Assembly: GCF_006345805.1 (NCBI RefSeq)
Contig: NC_043001.1
Location: 120,714,001-120,778,000 of the forward strand
Origin: Octopus sinensis
Lineage: Eukaryota
Direction of reading: 5' to 3'
DNA length: 64,000 nucleotides
A program made the position numbers and the translations under genes. Shown piece after piece: positions 10,970-23,753 of the stretch; the stretch's first letter is position 1, and each line of letters begins with the position of its first letter. The notes beneath the pieces were generated by a model. That model saw nothing but the letters and a program-made list of their open reading frames with translations. It was not told the DNA's origin and did not search any database.

Positions 10970-13450
10970 TTCGGTAACTAAGGTTTGAGCCATCACTGAC
11001 TCATGGCATGTCTAAATTCATGCCACCAACTGGACATCATCGTCCATTCGAGTAGGAAGTTGTTGTTTCCCGAAATATGTCCGGGTGTTGATGATTTATT
11101 TGATATTTCTTGGAGAAATCTGTCTACATACCATTTGAATGTTGTTTTTTTTTTCTTTTGTGATTTCTTTTTGGATAATGTTTAATAAGGCGGCACCATT
11201 TGGCATAAGTATTGCAATGTGATGTGAGCTCAATTTTTGTATGGAGTGTATGTCACAGGAACCAAGCCTTAAGCGATATTTGGATTTGATTCTGGCATTG
11301 TTTGGACGATGTTATCTTTTCCAGCTCGAAGAAACGATGTAGCGCTCGCGGCAGTGTTGAAGAGAATATAGAGTTTGAGCTTTTTAAGGCAAACCAAATA
11401 ATCAAGGTCGGTCTCGTCATTTACTTATTTAATTAATTATTTATATGTGTGATCGATCTCTAGGATGCTTCTATTTACATAATGAATCGTTCTGTGTAGG
11501 TAAACCACAATGGGAAGCAGTATTCAGTGTAAGATGTAACAAACGTAAAGAAGAGAAGAATGGCCGTTTCAGGATCTCTGGACCGAAAAGTTCTAAGGAT
11601 TCACTAACACAGTCTGCGGGTCACATCGATTTTGTTATTGTTGAGTAGATAAACTAGAAAATTTCCTCATTCAAGGTTTTGTTTTGTTTTGCTTTCAACC
11701 ATCAAATCTCTCCGTATAAACCAGATTGAAGTTCTCTTCGGCTGTATACTCCCTTGATGGCTCTCTGGGGCTTAATCATCTGCAAAAAGCAAAGATTTTT
11801 ATTTTACTGCTTGACAACATTTGCAATGTTACTTTTGTAAATAATAAGCACAAGTGGACTCAGTACTACACCCTGGTGGACACCACTAATGACGTTTGCT
11901 GATCATGAATAAATTGCATCGATCACAACACAATGGATCCTAGTTGTTAAGAAACATTTAACCCACTGCAGTAGCTTTCCACCGTTTCCAATGTCGGATA
12001 GTTTCCTCTGCATGATTCTTCGGAACTCTGTCGAAAGATTTGCTGAAGTCAAAGTAAATGAGATCTGTGTCAGAGCCCTGTCCCTGAGCATTTAAGATAC
12101 CATCAAAGTAGTATAGAAGCTATAAAAACGAAATCCCATATTGATTGGAAACATGAGATGACTTTTCTCTAAGTAGGCAGCTGTGTTGGGTTTCACTATC
12201 TTCTTGAATGCTTTAATGATATGAGACGTCAGATTAATTTACTGTGGGCGATTTATTCCTCTTTTTAAAAACTAGAATAATACCGCGACAGAAAAGAGTT
12301 CAGAAGTAGCATTTAGAGTCCAGCGATTCCTTTCAGAGATTAGTAAAATGAGATGCAAAGCTAAAGCCCGCACTCCAAAACACCAGTGTGGGTCAATACT
12401 TACAACAGAACTGAGATTATTCCTATTAATTGGCAAACTGATGTCTGCAGTGCTGAAAGGTATGTCAGGGAAAATATGCAGACGATTTACTCCATCGATA
12501 CCACCTAAGTCAACTGCATCAGGATCACTGAAAACAGAGCAGTATTCAGTAGAATCTTCACCTAATCTATGCTTCGTTCGGAAAGATGTCGTGTTCACGT
12601 CTTCATCAATCAGTTGACCATAAGACAAAAAAGTGACCCTATACTTCTCCCTTTTTTTCGTATTCTTCTTTTTACGGATGAAAAGATTTGAGGATGGTCT
12701 GATAATTTTTGTAATGGTCCAGTCACTTTCAGCGGCCCTTTTATTATTAATGAGAAACCTCATACAGCTCTGGCGATGTCACTTTTCCAACTCCCTTGAG
12801 AGAAAAGAGGTTGTTTCTTATTTCTTTATTGCCCACAAGGGGCTAAACATAGAGGGGACAAACAAGGACAGACAAAGGGATTAAGTCGTATACATCGACC
12901 AGAGTGCGTAACTGGTACTTAATTTATCTACCCCGAAAGGATGAAAGACAAAGTCGACCTTGGCGGAATTTGAACTCATAACGAAAAGACAGACGAAATA
13001 CCGCTAAGCATTTTGCCCGGCGTGCTAACGTTTCTGCCAACTCGCCGCCTTCATGAGGGAAAAGAGGTTGTTTCTGGCAGTATTTTAGCAGACTTAATCT
13101 TTTTTAACTCTTTCTAATTTTTCTTTTTTTCTCTTGGTTGCATGGATCTATTTTTGCTTGTGGGGCGTGATGGCATGTGATTTGTGCATACATATGTGGG
13201 TAGTTGTGTCCTCAAATGGCTGTTAAAACACTGTTATATCGGAGGATATGTTTTGAACTCTATATCTGCAAATGTGTAAGAGGTTAATTGGCGAACTACA
13301 TCAACTTAGAGGACCAAATGATAGAGAAATGGTTTAAAATTAATGATGTAAAGAATTCTTAGTTGGGAAACATTCATAGTCGTTGTTGGTATTATATCTA
13401 TTGTAGTCGTTTAACTCCTGTTGAGCCCTATTTGAGTACATATATAGTGA
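10970..13450 (-). mobile_element. Degenerate CR1/jockey-like LINE (linker, RT and C-terminus)
   Basis: Minus-strand remnants include SVFSDP, RKLSDIGNGGKLLQWVKCFLTTRIHCVVID, SGVHQGVVLSPL (RT motif), FADD and LKKLKLYSLQHCRERY, with many stops and frameshifts. The upstream boundary is approximate. Confidence 0.8.
12819..13053 (-). mobile_element. Young Nin-like SINE inserted into the LINE with a 22-bp TSD
   Basis: TGAG(A/G)GAAAAGAGGTTGTTTCT at 12797-12818 and 13054-13075 flanks a complete SINE. Confidence 0.9.
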
Positions 13451-13904
13451 AAATCATTCCGGCTATGAACCTACCTTCGCCAGACACAAATGACAGTGCG
13501 TCATTTAATTTTTCTTTCATTTCAAGACAGTGAGAGATATGACTGGTAGAGGCCGTCTCATTGGCTCAGCCGTTGACAGAAAGAAACCAATCACAGAATG
13601 AGCATAGATATGTATACATAAATTATGTGTATATATCTATTGTTTATACATATGCGGTTTTCAAAGCATAGGCTCTGTGTGTTCTTTGTGTCAGTGTGTA
13701 CATATGCTCGTATGTATGAAACCACATGTTTACGTATACACATACATTTGTGTGTGTGTGTGTGTGTGTGTTTACAAATGTACACTCGTGCGTGCGTGAG
13801 CTCATGAGTTTTCTAAGTTATACCAACTGCAAATCCTCGGTGACAACACGACATGGGATTGATTTTGTATCGGGGACAGACGTCTGCATAAACTCACACA
13901 TGGA

Positions 13905-14411
13905 TTGGGTTGTCCGGAAAGTTCGTGCCGATTTATAGTAGCTTACCTTTCGACTTATTTTAGAACATGGTTGAGTCCATAAAATAGGATTTGACTCCAC
14001 CTCCATTTAGAGCACAGTTTAAGCCATCTTTTCGTGGAAGAAGGTTTATGTTTCTATAACCTGCGTTAATTCTGTAACCCTTTAAAATGGAAAATAAGAA
14101 AGTTCATTTTCGGCACCTGATGCTTTGGGAACCAGACAAAAATTGCTGCAGCTCGGCTGGGATGTGTTACCCCCACCCTCCATATTCACAAGATATTGCT
14201 CCTTCAGATTTCCACTTATTCAGGTCTCTGCAGAATAGTCTTAATGGTAAAAATTTCAATTCCTTGGATGGCGTAAACAGATACCTTGATGAATTCTTTG
14301 CCATGAAACCATCTCAGTTTTCAAGTTAAAGGAAAGATGGAGACGCATTATGCAACAAAATGGCTCATATTTGGTTGATTAAAAATGTAACGAACTTTCC
14401 GGACAACCCAA
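13905..14411 (+). mobile_element. Non-autonomous mariner (internal-deletion derivative)
   Basis: TIRs TTGGGTTGTCCGGAAAGTTCGT / ACGAACTTTCCGGACAACCCAA, with TA on the right and GA on the left. The N-terminus MENKKVHFRHLML is fused to the C-terminal HPPYSQDIAPSDFHLFRSLQNSL. Confidence 0.92.
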
Positions 14412-15892
14412 TAATTTGTGCCTCTTAAAATTAGGTGTGTGCCCTTTACAATAGAAATATGTGTTTCTGTGCATACATGCATGTATGTAGCTATGCATGC
14501 ATGTCTACTTCACCTCAAATGGCGCTCTTTCAAAACTGATTTCAGTGGGCAATAACTTTAAACAAAGAGATATTCTTGCGTCAACTTTGTTTTGTATATA
14601 ATTCGGTAATTCTGGCTGCTCATACACTTAAAGACTATGATCTGTTGGCACCTTTGTCTGCTATTGTATAACAGGTAAAGTATTTAATGTAAATCGTTTC
14701 AAAGCTAAATCGAAGACCTTTATAGCCCAGGTTTGCAATTTGCTATGTGCTGATTATTGTGACTCGCTGAGAACAAGATATTCTAAAACTAATTAACCTC
14801 TTCTCTAGTATGTATAAGCCTGAAGTAGAATAAATTGGGGTTTACCACAGCTCCAGTAGAGATGTTTATAGAACTAAATAGACTAGTACAAAAGACCATC
14901 TTGATTTAGTGGATTCTTTGATGTATCTTGCCAGCTCTGTCTCCGGGAAAAGATTCCCTAGATTTCGAAATGAATTTGAGAACTGAGAAGGCTTCAACTG
15001 AGTCTGGACAGACGGTGATTTGAAACTGTCCACTATATTATGAATCTATTGCTGTTCGGATCATCGAAACCTACGGTAGTCATCTGAGGCACGAACGCCT
15101 TTTGAAAACACATCAAAATATTCAAATAATTTCACTAGAAATGTCAAAAAATGTTAAACATCAGCTGAAAATCGTTTACGCATGATAGAGAAGGGTTGGA
15201 AATGGCTGACGCGCCTTATCAAGTTCCAGATGCGATTATTCGATCATGTCATCTTACTTGATCTTCAAACGTGATTACTTTATAAAGAATTAATTCTTGG
15301 TAAGCATCCAGGTATAAACCAGAAAACTAAATTTTTCCTGGCCTCGCAAGCCACAACGTTAAGTCATTAAACATCAGCAAAGTTGTTTGTGCCCAAGGAG
15401 GTGCTCATGTATGGCAAAGGCTGAAAATCCATTTTGTACGAAAGCACATGCGCAGAGGTGTTGTCGGTGATGTGATCCTTCTCAACATTATGTGCGACAG
15501 TTTTCACAAAAAGAAAATCATAATTTAAACGCTGCCATAGCTACGTTGTCATCTGAGGGACGGCCCGTGGTAGAGATGATATTAAACCTGTTACAGGCAT
15601 ACGTCTATCATAAGAAATTGGTTATACTCGTAATCGATTTGACAACCACCTTGCAAGTAAGTATGTGTGTAGGTAGGTAGGTAGTAGATCGGTAGGTAAG
15701 CATGTGTGTATGTTCTCTTTCTCTTTTTAATTTACAGTAAATTTTGACAATTTTGACAATAGAGTAAATTTTGACAAGCAACGTTGTGAAGGAAAGTATC
15801 ATGTTTTAACCATCTTAAGAAGGCCTTGCAGATTTTTATAGACCTTGCAGATTTTTTGTAGTATATGAATTCAGTTTTGCATTCTCTCTACC

Positions 15893-16214
15893 TGTGTATG
15901 TATGTATGTATGTATGTATGTATGTATGTATGTATGTATGCATGCATGTATGTATGTATGTATGTATGTATGTATGTATGTATGTATGTATGTATGTATG
16001 TATGTATGTATGCATGCATGTATGTATGCATGTATGTATGCATCTACGCGTAACTATATATGTGTATGTACACGTATATATGTATGCACATGTATTTATG
16101 TGCACGCATCTTGTATGCGTATCTATGTATTTACACGTATCTATGTATGTGTATCTATGTATTTACACGCATATGTATGTATGTATATATGCAAATCTGT
16201 AATTATGCATGCGC

Positions 16215-16252
<38 letters not shown>

Positions 16253-16434
16253 TTATTTATTTATATGCATATATGCATGTATATAACAGGTAAATGTCCA
16301 TGTATATACGTATGAATGTTTATATATAAGTGCGCATGTATGCATGCATACATACATATATGCATACATAAATTTATGCATGCACGTATGCATATATATA
16401 TATAGAGAGAGAGAGAAAGATGGTGTAGAATATT

Positions 16435-16489
<55 letters not shown>

Positions 16490-16566
16490 GATAGATAGAT
16501 GGATGGATGGATGGATAGATAGATGATAGATAGATAGATAGATAGGTAGATAGATAGATAGATATT

Positions 16567-16615
<49 letters not shown>

Positions 16616-16625
16616 GATAGATATT

Positions 16626-16698
<73 letters not shown>

Positions 16699-16708
16699 GA
16701 TAGATATT

Positions 16709-16784
<76 letters not shown>

Positions 16785-16785
16785 A
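15893..16785. repeat. (ATGT)n, (TA)n and long (GATA)n microsatellite block
   Basis: Directly visible. These explain the MYVC/IHTY/LSIY ORFs. Confidence 0.95.
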
Positions 16786-16979
16786 TAATTCTGAGACTGA
16801 AAGACGTTTTGCTTTTGTTTTTTGTTTTCTTTTTTGTCTTGTGCTGCAGATGAATAAAAGATATAAAATTAAAGGGGAAACGACAGAGAAGAAAGAGTAG
16901 AGAAATAAGATAGGAAGAGAATAGAGTGAGAAAAGGCAGGATGGAAGTAGAGTGACGGAGAGAAAGAGACGGAGGGGGT

Positions 16980-16991
16980 GGAGTGAGAGAG

Positions 16992-17026
<35 letters not shown>

Positions 17027-17720
17027 CACCGTGTTAGAAAATAGATAGAGTAAACATGAGAGAGAGAGGGGGGGCTTTACAAGTGTGAGAGAATATTAAG
17101 AGAAAGAAACGGAGAAAAAGAAAAGATAAAACAACTAAATAAAATGTAAGAGGGAGAGGGGGAGGAAGAAAGAGATTGCGTGTATGAAAGAAGACAGAGG
17201 GGGGGGGGGAGAAAGAAAGGAGAGATATCTGAGAAAGTGCAAAAGAAAGTGTGGAGAGGGAAAAAGAAGGTAAGAAGAAATGTAAGGCAAAATAGTGTCA
17301 GAAAGAGAGAGGGAGAGAGAGGGGAGAGAGAACGAGAGAGAGAGCATAACAGGTAATAGCGAGTGAAAAGGTTGGAGGAGAGGGAGGTAAATAGAAAACG
17401 CAAGTGAACAAGTGTTAGAATATGAGTAAGAGAGAGAAGAAGAGAGAAGGAGTAAACGAATATGAGAAGGAGAGAGAGATAAAGGAAGAGGTAAGTGGAA
17501 GAGTGGAGGAGCGGTGGCGGCGGCGATAACAAGCAGCAGCAGCAGCAGCAGCAGCAGCAAGACGCGGAAGGAAAGAAAGGAAGGAAGAAAGAAAGCAGAT
17601 TTTGTAATTCAGTTGTCGCGTGTCTCTGCTTCTGACTCGATTCTCTGTCTTTCTCCCTCTCCCTCTCTCTCTCCCTCTCCCTCTCTCCCTCTCTCTCCCT
17701 CTCTCCCTCTTTAGCACTGT
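16980..17720 (+). promoter_or_regulatory. Candidate promoter / 5'UTR region of the PKA-RII gene
   Basis: A long polypurine GA tract switches to a (CT)n tract, with a CpG-rich GGCGGTGGCGGCGGCG and (GCA)9 (17533-17559) in between, 1.5-2 kb upstream of the ATG. The position is suggestive only and the TSS is not determined. Confidence 0.35.
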
Positions 17721-17996
17721 TTTATCGTAGCTTTGCATGCAAATGGATAGGTCTTTCCCTCCTCTTCATCTCTGTCATTACCATCGCCGCCACCGCCACC
17801 ATCCGTTTTATTATTGTTTCTATCATTTCTAACGCTGAAGTTTTTGGATTTAAATGAAAAAAAAAAGTGAAAAAGAGGGAGAGAGTGACAGAGAGAAGGA
17901 ACGAATGCAAAGGAAAAGGGAAAACCAAAGAACAGCATAAAAACAAATAAGGTGACAGAGGTGAACGATATATATATATATTATATATATACATAC

Positions 17997-18044
<48 letters not shown>

Positions 18045-18389
18045 CATATATACATACGGATGTATGTAAATATATATACATCGCCGCTGTCAAAAGCCAA
18101 AAAACGTCGAGGGGAAAAAATTACAAATATTTTGGAAGAAAGAAAACACGATCGAAAATATTTATGTTATACAATATTTTCTTTTGCTTAAATCTATGTC
18201 TATATATGCATATATCTAAGCTTTATTGTATGTTTACATATGAACAGTTGAATGTATTGAACCGTTTTTCTTCTTGTTGTTGTTTTGTCTGTGTAAAATA
18301 CACATCCGCACATTCTTGCAGAATACCCACATCTTCTTTACATATCCGCCAATAATAGCAAATACTCACACACTTACACACACAAACAC

Positions 18390-18424
<35 letters not shown>

Positions 18425-19159
18425 TATATATACGTTACTATTCTAGAGTGCCGTGTCACGTTTTACATTATTTGGAAAGTATTTTTTTAGATACATTTTG
18501 GTTACCTTCTCTCTTTCTCTCTCACTGTTTCACTTTTGGAGACCAGTTGCTTTGGCGGCCCTCACACCTCCTTTAGGCAATCTTTGAGTAACTTTTTTTC
18601 TCTTCCTTATTTTTGATTTTGTTTTTCTTGGTTGTATTTTAGCCCTGTTTTTCCGTATTTATCTTTTGTTGATTTTATTTTTGTAATTATAATTCCTCTC
18701 TAAAAAAAAAAAGAAAAGAAAGAAAAAAGAAATCCCTGCATTATTTGTGTCTTTATATTCTCACACGCAAATTCGGATTCTTAAGAACTTCCTTTTCTTT
18801 TCTGTTGAAAACTTCGTAGTTTTTTTCTTTCTTTCTTGCGACTTTACCGTTAAATAATAGTTTCTCTTGTTTATATGAAGCAGTCCCATCTTTAAGCAAC
18901 TTTCCATTTAAAATTATTTAAAAATTCAAAGTCCAAAGTGAAATTCTTTACATCACAAATATACATACATAACAGCAAGAACAACAGGAAATATATTTTT
19001 TTATTTATTCCCTTTATTTTTACACACAAGCATATATATATATACATATATATTATAATATTCTCTTATTGATATCTCCCACCGTGTTGTTGTTTCCGAA
19101 GTAAGCGTGCGCGTATCTGTTACTCTCTATCTCTCTCAGTCTCGTGTCTGTCAGAAGCA

Positions 19160-19403
19160 ATGAGCTTTGAGATTCCACCCGGATTAACCGAACTTCTACA
19201 GGGTTTTACCGTGTCTGTGCTCAGAGAACGGCCAGCCAACCTTATCCAATATGCTGCAGACTATTTTACCAAACTCAACAAAACTAACCAAAGTTCTCTG
19301 TTTTCCTCTCCCGGGAGACGAAAAGATGAATGGCAGACAGGTTTATCGAAACAGTCTTCTGCCGCCACGGAGGACAGCGGCGAAGATGACTTCCCACCGG
19401 AAG
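19160..19403 (+). CDS. PRKAR2: cAMP-dependent protein kinase type II regulatory subunit, first coding exon (RII dimerisation/docking domain plus start of linker)
   Basis: [39 protein letters not shown] matches the RII D/D motif (human RIIa [35 protein letters not shown]). An acidic linker [11 protein letters not shown] ends at the phase-1 donor AAG|GTAAGC (19403/19404). Pyrimidine-rich CAG acceptors lie at 19137-19139 and 19152-19154. Confidence 0.95.
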
Positions 19404-20886
19404 GTAAGCAAAAAGAATATTTCTTTAATCATTGATGTATGCATTAATTTATAACACAGGTGTGTATGTGAGTGCTGATATGTCTGCGGGAAATGTATGC
19501 AGGGTTTTGCTCACCTGGTTTCAACATTTATGAACAGTTCATTACCATTCTCAGAGTATGTTTTATTACCGTAATTGCATCTGTATTTCATTAAAATGCG
19601 AGCGTATGCACGCGCATATAGCGTGCAAATGTTTAGTGCGCGTGCATACAACGCATGTAAATATGTGCATAAAGTGTTTGAGAGGGCGTATAATGTGTGC
19701 ATGTATGTATATGTGTGCACACACACATATTTACAAAGTGTGGGGGCATAAATATTGTGTATGCGTGTATATAATGTCTGTAGGTGTATAAACGTGTGTG
19801 CGAGCTTATGTCCGTGTGTCGTGTAAATGTATCCGCATCGTATAAATGTTTATGCATTTGGGCATTCTGTAAATACACAGGTATGATGACATCTTGCATA
19901 AACATGCATGCGTGTGTGCGTGCGTGCGTGTGTGCGTGCATCGTATAAATATCTGTGCCAACATATTTTCCTAACAGTAGTTTGTGTGCATGCGAGCATT
20001 TTGTGAGGTTTTCATGCATGAGTGTTTTGTCTGCGTGTCTGTGTGTGTGTGGGCGAATGTGTGTGTGTGTGTGTGTGTGTTGATTCTATATGCGTGTATG
20101 TAAGCTTGTACTGAATTCGATAGATGCTTAACATGTACGTGTATATATTTTGTTTTCGCTGTCATGATGATGGGTGTTACTTCATGTTTATTATAGATAA
20201 ATAAAAGAAGCGGTTTCCTTTCTTCTGTGGAATCTCAATTAAAATACGGTAAAACATAATAAGTGTGATAATGAATTTCTGCTAATTAGGAAGCACGCTG
20301 TTGATGCGTTTGTGCCTGCAACTTCATCGGGTGCTGTTAGCTAGCTTTCACTTCCTATTCAATCAACTCTGGTTTCGATTTCAGTTGGGAACCGCTTTTG
20401 CTTCCATCGTCTTGTTCATATTGTTGAGGAAATAATCCAGCCGTAGCATCCCTTTTTCTTATTTCTCTATACAGAAATCTTATATTTCGCTTCCTATAGT
20501 GGACAATATGTTATCAATTGCGTGTGTGCGCGCGGGAGATGAATGCCCATTGAATCTACGGCCGGGTTTCTAATACCCGAACATTCAAGCTAAGTCTATT
20601 CATAACCCGGGTTTGTAGGACGCACACACGCTGAGTTTTGGAATAAGATATTCCTACTTCAAAGGGAAGAGAAAGGGCACAAAATTGAATATTTCCCGCC
20701 CCCAACACCTTCATTTTTAAAAGTATTATGTTTCATACAATGGAAATTACGAATTCTCATTGTATCTTCCCCACCGTCCCGCCGAACAAATTCAAATTTT
20801 CACATTTTTAGCACGCCACAAATCTGTGTCTTTTCCCTTTCCTTTGATATAGAGGTAGCTATTCCAAAACACCTTTTATTTATTTA

Positions 20887-20918
<32 letters not shown>

Positions 20919-21057
20919 CATACATACACACACACACACAGGTAGAGAGGTTGCGTGCCTCTGGCCATTTGAGTCTAACGAGTCGCCTACACAGCTAAGC
21001 GCTTTATACAAGCGAAACCAATGGTCACTCTCTGATCGGTCGATCAAACAACCTCTT

Positions 21058-21096
<39 letters not shown>

Positions 21097-22170
21097 GCAC
21101 ACACACATGAGTACATATGTATTGTTCTAGCTAAATATTAGCAAAAAATTCCGTTATATATTCATATGTTATCTATATCATATCGAAAGCCGTTTTTTTT
21201 TTTATTATTATTAGTTAAGTTATAGCTCCTTATCATGAATCTTAAATGTGTTCCATGTGTAAGTCAGCATTTAAGCATGGCTTACATTTAAAGAACTGAT
21301 TGTCTTGTGGGACACGTTTTAATTCACTCTCCAACATATTGGTTAAAGAAAAATGGACTGTCATGTCGACAAAGCATATTGAATAAATAATTATATCTTC
21401 AGTATAATTGTTCATGTCAATTATCCAGATAAAATATGTCTGAATGCTTCACAAAATATTTTGTCAATGGTCGCAGTGAACACCGGGGTGCAAGATGCGG
21501 TTGATCTTATTCATGAACGAAACGAGTTAATGAACGGCTTTCCTTTCCTTTCCTAATTGGACCTTAATTCACTTCATTTACAATGCTCACGATTTCAAAA
21601 AAAAAAGGTATCGACGTCATATTGTCTGATTTCTGAGATTTTGTGGCCTGGTGCCAAATTTGGATCCTTGTCGTTCTGACCCTGGTCAGTCTTAATGATC
21701 AAAGACGTTCAGTCTGCGACAATCGTATCTTTTCGTATATTAAGCACTACCATGTGCACGACGTTCTTCCTTCCTTCCTTTTTTTTTTTTTTTTTTTTTC
21801 ATATAAGTTAAAAACCAAAGACACTGAGAAGTTATCTGGAGAGATTTTATCGTGAAACTGCATAGAAATTCTTTTGCAGGCTTCGTTGAGCGAAAAAGTT
21901 TTGTCTGTTTTTTTCCCAGCGGGGTTGACTTTGTCTACCATTCAGTCATTGTTATGAAGTTATATAATTAAAACTCTTATTTAATCCATCAGAGGTTTTA
22001 GAAGTTCGATCCTTTATATAAGCAATAAGAATATTCAATAGACAAATGGCATTCAATATAGAATAAGGTTTAAAACAGCAAATAACAGAACCGTTAGCAG
22101 GGCAACAGTTAGATGCTATATTGTGCAAGAGAGTATATCTAGAAAGCCAAGAATCGTAACTACTAAGCCA

Positions 22171-22242
22171 TCTAATGCGGTCTTGTGGTTGTGATTCCTG
22201 GTTTTCAACCAGGCAACATGGGTTCAATTCCCAGCATGGAAA
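22171..22242 (+). pseudogene. tRNA-Glu(TTC) pseudogene
   Basis: Perfect anticodon arm CCTGG-TT[TTC]AA-CCAGG and T arm TGGG-TTCAATT-CCCA, colinear with eukaryotic tRNA-Glu-TTC (GGTTAGGATTCCTGGTTTTCACCCAGG...GGGTTCGACTCCC). The acceptor stem (TCTAATG/CATGGAA) and D arm are decayed. No SINE body follows. Confidence 0.65.
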
Positions 22243-22443
22243 CTGTACTAATTGTATAAATTTGTAGCCACTTCGTGCCTGCACACAGATGTAAGCATCT
22301 TCGTGTTAGTTTCAGTCTTCCATAGGGATCTCACTAGCGATGATATTCTATGCGAAGACAAGGATACAGCTGTCTCCGACACGCATGAATTGGCCAAAAT
22401 ATTCAAATATATTTCTATAGCAATATAACTGCATTGAATTTAA

Positions 22444-22648
22444 GGTGGCGAGCTGGCAGAATGGTAAGCGCGCAGGGCAAAATTCTTCGCAGCATTTCGC
22501 CCGTCTTTACGGTCTCAATATAAATGCCGCTGAGGCCGATTTTGTCTTTCGTCCTCTCGGCAGCTATAAAAGCACCAGTCGAGCATTGGAGTCGATGTAA
22601 TTACCCCGAAATTGCAGGCCTTGTGCCAAAGTTTGAAACCAATATAAT
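22444..22648 (+). mobile_element. Nin-like SINE
   Basis: GGTGGCGAGCTGGCAGAA head and a GCAGGCCTTGTGCCAAAGTTTGAAACC tail. Confidence 0.75.
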
Positions 22649-23753
22649 AGCATTGAATCAAAGCACTGTTAACGCTCAAATAATTTCATATTAAAAGAAT
22701 ATCTGTTTCAACAAAATTTCCATACAAGACAGACAATTGTTTTCGCTCTGAGGAATTGAATGTTGTATTTCAGTGGGGATTTTTTTGTTTGTTTTTTTAA
22801 CATTTTGGAAACAAATTTTTATTAAATTGGAGAAACTGTTTCTATTCAAACGCATATTTTTCTTTCATAATAGGTCAGGAAATAGTTTCCGAACTGTAGA
22901 GTACTGGATTAAAAAACTTCCTGATTATACCGTAATATACTGAAATCAATTTAATCCGCTATATCACACTCTTTTCGGGTTGTCAGATGAAGAACGTAAG
23001 AAGTAGCGAATTAATAGAAAATAACCTGAAATAAAAATGTTGCCAGTATGTGTGTGTGTGTGTGTGTGTGTGTACGCGCGCACATACACACACACATACA
23101 TATATGCGGACGCGCGGCACAGTATGACTGAATGTTTACGTTCGCTTCTCAATCTCGAGGACTTGGTTTCGATTCTGCTGTGTAGCATCTTGGGCAAGTT
23201 TCATTTCCTGTAGCCTCGGGTCCAACCATGACTTATGAGTGAAAACTAACTAAACGGAAATTGTGCAGAAGCCCGCATGGTGCATTTAATCTGTATTTCA
23301 AAAGGTTCGGCCATGTCACATTATATTTCAATGACTCTGTCCGAGAATTCCATTAAGAGTAAACGTGCCCGCAGAATACTCGGCCACTTGCATGTTAACT
23401 ACTGAACACTTTCGATCGGAAAATTTGGCCATTTATTATTCTGCTAAGTACTTGGATCGATAGTATCACTTTTACCTTAATTAGAGTGTCGAAAAAATAT
23501 TACTTTGAAGAATTTGTTCCGACTCTTTAATTTCAGAGTTCAAATCTCGCCGAGGTCAAATTATTTTTCATTTTTATATTTTTTTTCGGGTTCGATGAAA
23601 TAAAGTACAGTCAAGTACTGATCGATGATATCGACTACACTCCTTCCCCTTAGAATTGCAGGCCTTGTTCCTAAATTAGAAGCCCTTATCGATAATTTTA
23701 AATTATATTCAATAAGATAGCTATAAAAATAAAAATTCTAAAATAGCAAGTTT

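Noticed and set aside
14900-15620. Complex sequence that looks like decayed coding DNA
   Set aside because: I could not assign a convincing protein motif in any frame by eye. It needs a translated search.
17514-17714. Poly-Ser ORF upstream of the gene
   Set aside because: It has a GTG start, derives from (GCA)n and (CT)n repeats, and shows no protein-like complexity.
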